A stretch of 47,135 nt of DNA from Campylobacterales bacterium (GTDB lineage Bacteria; Campylobacterota; Campylobacteria; Campylobacterales; QNZT01), in contig JALWLO010000076.1 in the NCBI GenBank assembly GCA_027084135.1, positions 1 to 47,135 on the forward strand. Reading direction: 5' to 3'. The translations under genes and the position numbers were made by a program. The notes beneath the pieces are model-generated. The model saw only the letters and a program-made list of their open reading frames with translations. It was not told the DNA's origin and made no database searches. Each line of letters opens with the position of its first letter. Position 1 is the first letter of the stretch. Positions 39,752 to 47,135 of the stretch are shown here, one piece after another.

Positions 39752-41563
39752 ATGCAAGAGATACGAAATATAGCGGTTATCGCCCATGTCGATCATGGGA
39801 AAACAACTTTGGTGGATGAGCTTTTGAAGCAGTCAGGTACCTTTGATGAGCATAAAGAGATAGATGAGCGGGTGATGGATAGCAACGATATCGAGAAGGA
39901 GAGGGGTATCACCATACTCTCTAAAAATACCGCTATCACCTATAAAGACCATAAGATCAATATCATCGATACTCCAGGGCATGCCGATTTTGGCGGTGAG
40001 GTTGAGCGGGTGTTGAAGATGGTGGACGGTGTGCTTTTGCTTGTAGATGCACAAGAGGGTGTGATGCCTCAGACTAAGTTTGTGGTAAAGAAGGCTTTAG
40101 AGCTTGGCATCCGCCCTATCGTCGTGATCAACAAGATAGACAAACCTGCGGCAGAGCCGGATCGGGTGGTGGATGAAATATTTGATCTATTTGACGCACT
40201 CGGGGCGGATGAGGAGCAGCTTGACTTTCCGGTGGTTTATGCGGCGGCAAAGAACGGTTATGCCAAGCACAACCTTGAAGACCCGGATGAAAATATCCTC
40301 CCCGTGCTTGATAGCATTATAGAGCATGTGCCGCCAAGTAGCGGAAGTGTGGATAATCCGCTTCAACTTCAGGTATTTACGCTGGATTATGATAACTTTG
40401 TCGGGAAGATCGGTATCGCGCGTATCTTTAACGGCAGAGTGAAAAAGAATGAGAGCGTTACGCTTGTAAAAGCTGACGGCGAGAAGATAAACGGTCGTAT
40501 CTCGAAGCTCATCGGATTTCACGGGCTTGATAGGATGGATATCGATGAGGCTGTATGCGGGGATATCGTGGGAATTGCCGGATTTGAGACGCTTGATGTG
40601 GGCGATACCGTAGCTGATTCGGCAAATCCGGTAGGACTTGATCCTCTGCATATCGAGGAGCCGACACTTTCAGTCGTGATGAGTGTAAACGACTCTCCGC
40701 TTGCGGGAACTGAGGGGAAATTTGTCACTTCCAACAAGATAGCCGAGAGGCTTGAGCAGGAGATGCAGACAAATATCGCTATGAAGTTTGAGAGTACCGG
40801 TGAGGGTAGCTTTAAGGTATCCGGTCGTGGAGAGCTTCAGATAACTATACTTGCGGAAAATATGAGAAGAGAGGGGTTTGAGTTCTCTCTTGGTCGTCCT
40901 GAAGTGATCATCAAAGAGGAGAACGGCGTAAAGATGGAGCCGTATGAGCATCTCGTAGTCGATGTACCCGATGAGCATAGCGGAGTGGTGATAGAGAAAC
41001 TTGGAAAGCGAAAAGGCGAGATGAAGAGCATGACCTCGACGGGAGACGGACAGACGAGGATAGAGTTTGAGATACCAGCAAGAGGATTGATAGGCTTTAG
41101 AAGTCAGTTCTTGACCGACACAAAGGGTGAGGGGGTGATGAATCACTCATTTTTGGAGTATAGACCTTTGACAAGCGGTGTAGAGAGTAGGATGAACGGG
41201 GCGTTGGTATCGATGGAGAATGGCGAGGCGCTCGGGTATTCGATATTTAACCTTCAAGATCGGGGTGTGATGTTTATCAAGCCGCAAGATAAGGTCTATG
41301 TGGGGATGATAGTGGGAGAGCATAGCAGAAGCAATGACCTTGATGTAAACCCGATCAAAGGCAAGCACCTCTCAAATGTCCGAAGTAGCGGTGCCGATGA
41401 AGCTATCAAGTTAGTACCGCCCAGAATCCCTACACTTGAAAGCGCGTTGGAGTGGATAGAGGAGGATGAGCTTGTTGAGGTAACGCCCAAAAGCATCCGT
41501 ATCCGCAAAAAGTACCTTGATCCGACCGTTAGAAAACGAATGGCAAAAAAGAGTAAAGGATAA
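39752..41563 (+). CDS. typA: Translational GTPase TypA/BipA.
   Basis: G1-G4 motifs ([18 protein letters not shown]) and an EF-G-like domain arrangement. It is 603 aa. Confidence 0.95.
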   Translation: MQEIRNIAVIAHVDHGKTTLVDELLKQSGTFDEHKEIDERVMDSNDIEKERGITILSKNTAITYKDHKINIIDTPGHADFGGEVERVLKMVDGVLLLVDAQEGVMPQTKFVVKKALELGIRPIVVINKIDKPAAEPDRVVDEIFDLFDALGADEEQLDFPVVYAAAKNGYAKHNLEDPDENILPVLDSIIEHVPPSSGSVDNPLQLQVFTLDYDNFVGKIGIARIFNGRVKKNESVTLVKADGEKINGRISKLIGFHGLDRMDIDEAVCGDIVGIAGFETLDVGDTVADSANPVGLDPLHIEEPTLSVVMSVNDSPLAGTEGKFVTSNKIAERLEQEMQTNIAMKFESTGEGSFKVSGRGELQITILAENMRREGFEFSLGRPEVIIKEENGVKMEPYEHLVVDVPDEHSGVVIEKLGKRKGEMKSMTSTGDGQTRIEFEIPARGLIGFRSQFLTDTKGEGVMNHSFLEYRPLTSGVESRMNGALVSMENGEALGYSIFNLQDRGVMFIKPQDKVYVGMIVGEHSRSNDLDVNPIKGKHLSNVRSSGADEAIKLVPPRIPTLESALEWIEEDELVEVTPKSIRIRKKYLDPTVRKRMAKKSKG

Positions 41564-41671
41564 AATATGGGCACCTATAATTATAAGAGGTGCCCATACG
41601 GGAAAATTGTTAAAACTACTACGATACTTACCGATGATTTTGGCTATATTGAGAAGATTTAAGAGGTAGTA

Positions 41672-41965
41672 CTAAACTCTATTTGTCCAATAGTTGGGTT
41701 TACGATGCAAATTGGCAATAGCCACTATTAAAATCATATCTTTTCTATTTTGATAAATTACAGCGTAAGGGAAGGTTTTAACCAAACAGCGTCGTGTATT
41801 TGTTGAGATATGAGCCCAAGCTGACGGGTAAGATTTTATAAGTTCTATTGCATTATAAACTTCTTGAACAAATCGATATCCCAAACCGGCTTGCTGATAT
41901 TCATAATATTCAAAAGCTTCATCTAGTTCTTGCTGAGCCGGTTCTAAAAATTGGGCTTTTGTCAT
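41672..41965 (-). CDS. ParE/RelE-family type II toxin.
   Basis: A 97-aa ORF whose C-terminus reads FPYAVIYQNRKDMILIVAIANLHRKP. It sits 9 nt downstream of the antitoxin paralog. Confidence 0.65.
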   Translation of the reverse strand: MTKAQFLEPAQQELDEAFEYYEYQQAGLGYRFVQEVYNAIELIKSYPSAWAHISTNTRRCLVKTFPYAVIYQNRKDMILIVAIANLHRKPNYWTNRV

Positions 41966-41974
41966 TGGTAATAT

Positions 41975-42193
41975 CTAATCTTTTCTATATTTTGAAAATA
42001 CTGTCTTTTCATCCACTATAGAAATTTCACCGTTTTCATAGGCTTTAATTCTGCTTTCAGCTTCATTAGCCCATATCTCTTCTATGGTTTTATTTGGTTG
42101 ATTGAGGGAAATTAAGATTTTTTCTATCAACTGAAGTTTTTCTAAGGGTTTTAGAGGAGATATTTCTGCAAGTATTTGCTCAATAGCTAACAT
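41975..42193 (-). CDS. Antitoxin, putative addiction-module component (TIGR02574-like).
   Basis: A 72-aa ORF, a paralog of the protein at 38724..38927 (shared ...SLNQPNKTIEEIWANEAESRIKAYENGE pattern). Confidence 0.65.
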   Translation of the reverse strand: MLAIEQILAEISPLKPLEKLQLIEKILISLNQPNKTIEEIWANEAESRIKAYENGEISIVDEKTVFSKYRKD

Positions 42194-42396
42194 ACTTTGC
42201 TCCTTGATTTTGATTTAGGTTAATTATATCATAAAACATCATCCCAAACTTAGTACTAACAAAATGTGGTACTAAACATAGTAAACTCTCATAGAGCAGT
42301 GATAAAATGGCAGGAAAAGCGAAGGGATTAAAAATTATTTAAAAATATTTTGATATTATTCAACTAATGAACTAATACTACCCAAAGGAGGCTGAG

Positions 42397-42447
42397 ATGG
42401 ACAATTTTATCTACCGTCACTACAAGTATCAGCCTCTTTATCTATAA
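42397..42447 (+). CDS. Candidate 16-codon leader peptide (MDNFIYRHYKYQPLYL) upstream of the MATE gene.
   Basis: A strong SD AAAGGAGG lies 6 nt upstream of the ATG. The ORF is followed by a short hairpin GAGAAGTAGTTTCTC plus a T-rich tract, and then the MATE start codon 78 nt later. Confidence 0.3.
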   Translation: MDNFIYRHYKYQPLYL

Positions 42448-42524
42448 AGAGCTTCTAAGACGCCTGTTTTCTTTCTTTAGTTGAGAAGTAGTTTCTCCGT
42501 TTTGTTATTTGTTAAGGATTTTCT

Positions 42525-43835
42525 ATGTCGAGTGTTAAAAAAGTTTTAGAACTCTCTATCCCTGTTGTTATAAATCTACTGCTTGTCACAATGATAGGTT
42601 TTACCGATCTATATGTAGTCTCAAAGTTCGGTGATGATGCGGTTAGTGGTGTAGGTATAGTACTAAATATTTGGGAGATACTCCAAGCACTTACCATCGC
42701 TCTCTCTTCAGGTGCATCCGTGCTTTTGACTCGTTATGTCGGTAAAAAGAGTTACAAAAAAGGCTCATTGGTTATCTCAACACTGCTTATCACGGGGCTT
42801 GTTTCGACTCTCTTTGTGATTGCTATTTTTGCTGTACTGCCCTCTATGGTTCTCTCTTTTATGGGTGCGGGTAGTGAGGTAAGAAGCTACGCCGTTGAGT
42901 ATGGATATATCCTTTTGCTTGATATACCTTTTATCGTGATCAATGTCGTGATAGATAGTGCACTCCATAGTTACAGCAATAGCAAACTTCCTATGTATCT
43001 ATCGGCAGTCGCGGCAGTGATAAATATCATCCTTGACTTTGGATTGGGATTTGGTATGTGGGGATTGCCTAAGATGGGGGTGTTTGGGGTAGCGTTATCG
43101 ACGGTTATCAGCTTCGGGATCATTGCGATGATACATCTTTACATATTTTTTGGCTCAAAGATGCCATATCCTCCGGCATTTCGCTTTAGTTACAGTATCT
43201 TAAAACGAGCGTTGAAAGTATCGCTACCGGAGGTCGGTTCACGACTTGTAAATAGAGTCTCAAACCTCATTTTTTCGACGGCGGTCATCTCATTGGGGAG
43301 TAGTTATTATGCTGCATTTACCATCGCCATGAAGTTGATGGCATTTGGTTACATGCCGTTGATCGCCTTTGCCGAAAGCGGTGCTATACTTCTAGGACAA
43401 GCGATAGGTGCAAAGCGGTATGATGAGGGTAAAAGGTATGTGGATATCGTTGCGATGATCAACCTGCTTATCATGGTGTTTATCGTAACACTATTTGTTA
43501 TATTTGCAGGTGATATAGCGGCGATGTTTAGTACTAACGCCCTAACTCAGAAACTAACGGTTTTGTCGATAGTAGTCCTTGCGGTTACACTTTTTTCAAT
43601 GGCTATCGATATGACTTACACCTTTGCCCTAAACGGGGCGGGGTTGTCAAAGAGAACATTTAAGATAAATATCATTACGCTTTGGTTGCTTCGTATCATA
43701 CCATCGCTTGTAGCGATATATTTCTTGCGATCTTATGAGTTAGTACTAATGGCATATTTGTTGCAAATATCAATAACTGCTTACTTGATGTACAGAGAGT
43801 TTAGAAAAGGAGAGTGGAGGTTTGTGAAAGTGTAA
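42525..43835 (+). CDS. MATE-family multidrug/Na+ efflux transporter (NorM-like).
   Basis: A 436-aa ORF with 12 TM helices in two 6-TM bundles. It shows MatE repeat motifs. Confidence 0.85.
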   Translation: MSSVKKVLELSIPVVINLLLVTMIGFTDLYVVSKFGDDAVSGVGIVLNIWEILQALTIALSSGASVLLTRYVGKKSYKKGSLVISTLLITGLVSTLFVIAIFAVLPSMVLSFMGAGSEVRSYAVEYGYILLLDIPFIVINVVIDSALHSYSNSKLPMYLSAVAAVINIILDFGLGFGMWGLPKMGVFGVALSTVISFGIIAMIHLYIFFGSKMPYPPAFRFSYSILKRALKVSLPEVGSRLVNRVSNLIFSTAVISLGSSYYAAFTIAMKLMAFGYMPLIAFAESGAILLGQAIGAKRYDEGKRYVDIVAMINLLIMVFIVTLFVIFAGDIAAMFSTNALTQKLTVLSIVVLAVTLFSMAIDMTYTFALNGAGLSKRTFKINIITLWLLRIIPSLVAIYFLRSYELVLMAYLLQISITAYLMYREFRKGEWRFVKV

Positions 43836-43884
43836 CTTTTGTGGTAAAATATGTGATCTCGAAAATCAAGCTAAAGGAAAAGTA

Positions 43885-45657
43885 TTGATGACAGAAGCAT
43901 TAAGATATTTGATCATCCCAACTTTTTTATCGACTCAGTTATTTGGAGCGACTCCGACCAACGATGCTATAGAGTACCTAAATCAACTCAGAGAAAAAGC
44001 GGGGCTTATTAAACTCCAATATGATGATGAGCTAAGCAAAATGGCGACAAGCCACTCTAAGTATCAAGTGAGTGAAAATATATTTTCTCACTATGAGAGC
44101 AACAAAAACAACCCGTACTATACAGGACATAGTTGGGAAGATAGAGCCTCTTATATAGGGTATCCATACAGCTCTATCGGAGAAAATATAAGTTGGGGAA
44201 ATATTTCGGATAAGGACTCAATCGACGGACTCTTTACAGCTATCTATCACCGTTTAAATTTTTTGACATTTAAAATGGATAGAGTAGGCTACGGCTATGA
44301 TACGATGAGTGACGGAAGAAGGATCTATACTTACGATATGGCTGCAAAAAGACCTACAACCGTGGAAGAGGTAGAAAATAAAAACCCAAGTTTTGTTTTG
44401 TGGCCACCCAAAGATTTCCAAGAGGCACAACCTGCATTTTTTAACAACGAATCCCCTACTCCTCTTTATGAAGAGTGTGCTCCAGGCGGAAGTTCGGGCA
44501 ATCCGATAAGTATAAAGTTCAATCTCGCTAAAAGCGGGGAGATAGTGTATGACTCCTTTGAGTTTAGGGATAGTAACGGAAACCCTTTAGAGATAAAAAT
44601 GCTAGATCACGGTCTCCATGCGAAAGAGTTTGCATTTTTCCCTATAAAAAGACTTGATTGGGATACTACTTATAGTGCCCTCTTTAAGTATAAAGAGGAT
44701 GGAGAGCCAAAAGAGTTAAGCTGGAGCTTTAAGACCAAAAAGACTCCTTATGCGCTCTTAGTACTAAGTGCTACCGATAAGGTTTATAAGGTAGCAAGAG
44801 GTGCAACATATACGCTCTATATCCCTCCAAAAAGCTGTCAAGAGCCTGCAGATGGTAGCATCTCTTATGATCCTACAAAGATAGAAGTGCTCAATGATGA
44901 GTCAAAATCTGATAGAGATATACATGATATAAAGGTTATAGGTAGAGTAGGTAACAGCTTTAGTACTAACATTGATGACAAAACATATAGCTTTGAGATA
45001 TTTACAAATGAAGTAAAAACACTTACCTTTAGCGACATCACAGCAACCTCCGTGACACTGCACTGGGAGCATGAAAATGGACCAAACGATACCGGCTATA
45101 AGATATTTAGAAACGGTAAACTTATATATACTGCTTCAAAAGATGAGAGAGAGTACACCGATAGCGGCTTAGACCCAAATACTACATATAAGTATACTGT
45201 AAAAGTTACGGATGATAGGGTGCAGAGTTATGCTAGAGGAGAGTTTGGAAACATCAACTTAACGCCTGACTATAAGATACCTGACGATGCATACTTTATA
45301 GATATCAGAAACGCTTGGGAGAGAGAGGTATATGGCGGATATCCAAAGGGTAGCAAATTAGTTACCTATGAGTTTAGAGAGAGACATGCGGCAGATGAAC
45401 CTGAAGATAGATCCAAAAGACGCCTAAATCCAAACTTTATAAAAGAGATCGAAGAGTTGGTCAACGGTAACAAAGATGCTCATATCATCCTCATCTGTGC
45501 TACGGGAGGAAGAACGGGTGAGTATGGTGACTTCTCTAAGGATAGCGCTGCTAAGCTACTTTCACTAAACGGGTTTAGCTATGTAGAGCATATCATGGGA
45601 GGTATCTTTGGTGAAAACGGTTGGTTAGAAAACGACCTTCCTTGGATAAAATTATAA
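43885..45657 (+). CDS. Secreted multidomain protein with a CAP (SCP/PR-1) domain, a fibronectin-III-like domain and a C-terminal rhodanese-like domain.
   Basis: Has a signal peptide. The CAP motifs are HSKYQ...GHSWEDRASY...GENISWG. An FN3-like segment (TLTFSDITATSVTLHWEH...YKYTVKV) follows. The C-terminal rhodanese loop reads ILICATGGRTGE. Confidence 0.55.
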   Translation: MMTEALRYLIIPTFLSTQLFGATPTNDAIEYLNQLREKAGLIKLQYDDELSKMATSHSKYQVSENIFSHYESNKNNPYYTGHSWEDRASYIGYPYSSIGENISWGNISDKDSIDGLFTAIYHRLNFLTFKMDRVGYGYDTMSDGRRIYTYDMAAKRPTTVEEVENKNPSFVLWPPKDFQEAQPAFFNNESPTPLYEECAPGGSSGNPISIKFNLAKSGEIVYDSFEFRDSNGNPLEIKMLDHGLHAKEFAFFPIKRLDWDTTYSALFKYKEDGEPKELSWSFKTKKTPYALLVLSATDKVYKVARGATYTLYIPPKSCQEPADGSISYDPTKIEVLNDESKSDRDIHDIKVIGRVGNSFSTNIDDKTYSFEIFTNEVKTLTFSDITATSVTLHWEHENGPNDTGYKIFRNGKLIYTASKDEREYTDSGLDPNTTYKYTVKVTDDRVQSYARGEFGNINLTPDYKIPDDAYFIDIRNAWEREVYGGYPKGSKLVTYEFRERHAADEPEDRSKRRLNPNFIKEIEELVNGNKDAHIILICATGGRTGEYGDFSKDSAAKLLSLNGFSYVEHIMGGIFGENGWLENDLPWIKL

Positions 45658-45738
45658 TTTTTTTCTATAATTATAATATAGCCGTTTAAATACATTTTTA
45701 TAAAATAATGTTATAATACTCCAAAAAAGGAGGCGGCT

Positions 45739-46515
45739 ATGAAAAGAGCACTCTTGGTACTAATGCTATTGTCGTTAAATCTGTTCGGTTATCAAAAGTG
45801 GGTTGCGGTCGTTACAAATGATGTAGCATATAGTGATCAAAAGGTGATATCTACCATCTATCTCGATGAGTTTAAGGATCAGATAAAAGAGAATTTACGA
45901 AAAAATCACTACATATCGCAGATAAAGTATATGAGCGGTAGATGGGTGGGCATCGTCTCCTATCCAAAAGGGGCAAAAAAGAGACAGGTAGTGACTTTTT
46001 CTAAGCGGCTAAGTCCATTTTTTAAGAGTGTCAAGCAGAAGATAAAAGCGGGATATGAACTAAAAGATCTAGAGTATGGCAACGGCAGGTGGGTAGGTAT
46101 CTTTGATAAAAGCAGTAGCAAAAAGGAGCAAGAGCTCTTTAACAGAAGCAAGTGGAAAAATATCGCTAACGTTATAAAGGATGAGTGGAGGAGAGGATTT
46201 GGTTTGGTTGATATACAAAGGGGAGCGTCAAAATGGGTAGCACTATTTACCAAACCAAGCTACAAAGATCAAGAGCTCTACACCAGAGATGAGTATGCCG
46301 AAATCATCGATAAGATCGTAGAAGCCTCTAAGAGAGGGTATCTGCTGACAAAGCTTGAGTACGGACTTGGCGACTGGATAGCGGTACTAAGCAAAAAGGC
46401 TCCCTATAAAAGCGTGCAGATCATCAAAGCCGATAGTATAGAGAGGTTTATAGAGATGCTTGAGAGATACAAGAGAAAAGGACTCTATGTCGTTGATCTT
46501 GCGATAGGGTTTTGA
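45739..46515 (+). CDS. Secreted tandem-repeat protein with four copies of a unit of about 47 aa.
   Basis: Has a signal peptide. The unit Y-x-L-x-DLEYG-x-GRWVGIF-x-K...QEL...KRG repeats at about residues 60, 107, 155 and 202. Confidence 0.5.
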   Translation: MKRALLVLMLLSLNLFGYQKWVAVVTNDVAYSDQKVISTIYLDEFKDQIKENLRKNHYISQIKYMSGRWVGIVSYPKGAKKRQVVTFSKRLSPFFKSVKQKIKAGYELKDLEYGNGRWVGIFDKSSSKKEQELFNRSKWKNIANVIKDEWRRGFGLVDIQRGASKWVALFTKPSYKDQELYTRDEYAEIIDKIVEASKRGYLLTKLEYGLGDWIAVLSKKAPYKSVQIIKADSIERFIEMLERYKRKGLYVVDLAIGF

Positions 46516-46615
46516 GATAACGACGAAAAATACTATAAAAAGATTCCTTTTCTAACGCCTTTGACACTTTATTGTCATAGTAAATATATGATTTTTCATA
46601 AAGTAATCGAAGGTA

Positions 46616-47135
46616 GTTTCAAATCCCATAGGGAGTTAGTACTAAACCCCGTAAGCTTCTGGGTTCTTCTCTTTACCCATTTGTTTCAAATCCCATAGGG
46701 AGTTAGTACTAAACGTAGCCACTATCTCTACTCCTAACTCTTTAGCTCTCTGTTTCAAATCCCATAGGGAGTTAGTACTAAACGCTTCCTAAACTACCTC
46801 CAATACTTTTAAACACACGTTTCAAATCCCATAGGGAGTTAGTACTAAACAAACTCGTTGGGCTTCAAGCACAAGCACCAAATGTTTCAAATCCCATAGG
46901 GAGTTAGTACTAAACTGCGTCCATTGCATTATTTCCGTCGGCACTTGCTAGTTTCAAATCCCATAGGGAGTTAGTACTAAACCCTTGCTCTACTGTTGCG
47001 CCCTCTATTTTTGTTTGTTTCAAATCCCATAGGGAGTTAGTACTAAACATACTTTAAATGTATCAGCCATCGCTACAACCTCTTGTTTCAAATCCCATAG
47101 GGAGTTAGTACTAAACGGTAAGCGTCCTTTTTGAA
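46616..47135. CRISPR. CRISPR array with 8 identical 32-bp repeats (GTTTCAAATCCCATAGGGAGTTAGTACTAAAC) and spacers of 33-37 bp. It continues past the window end.
   Basis: The repeats lie at 46616, 46683, 46752, 46819, 46884, 46951, 47017 and 47085. The seven complete spacers are unique. No cas genes lie inside the window. Confidence 0.9.

Overview
The window looks like a chromosomal segment from a Campylobacterota (epsilonproteobacterial) genome of roughly 38-40% GC. It spans the replication origin: dnaA, dnaN and gyrB lie on the minus strand, and three DnaA-box clusters flank dnaA. Other landmarks:
- queF and an HD hydrolase, then a tRNA-Ser(GGA) whose 3' end is duplicated twice around a vapBC cassette, which is a probable relic of an integrative element.
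- ruvC, thyX and a sigma54-driven flagellar hook cluster (fliK-flgD-flgE paralog, and flgE).
- A second patch of tRNA-like fragments next to another PIN/RHH toxin-antitoxin (TA) pair and a Zn-ribbon protein.
- A Cu/Ag-type RND efflux operon (CusF-like, CusC, CusB, CusA, DUF420, an HMA chaperone and a two-component system).
- Two paralogous TIGR02574/ParE-like TA loci, one with a decayed toxin.
- typA, a MATE exporter preceded by a 16-codon leader ORF, and secreted CAP-FN3-rhodanese and tandem-repeat proteins.
- A CRISPR array of at least 8 repeats that runs off the window end, with no cas genes inside the window.

The most striking signal is the 10-bp palindrome TTAGTACTAA. It occurs about 28 times outside the CRISPR array and once in every CRISPR repeat, in coding DNA (in both frames that avoid its TAG) and in intergenic DNA. 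That is about two orders of magnitude more than base composition predicts, and it resembles the highly iterated palindromes or uptake-signal sequences of other bacteria.

All calls were made by eye from the sequence and the ORF track. No searches were run.
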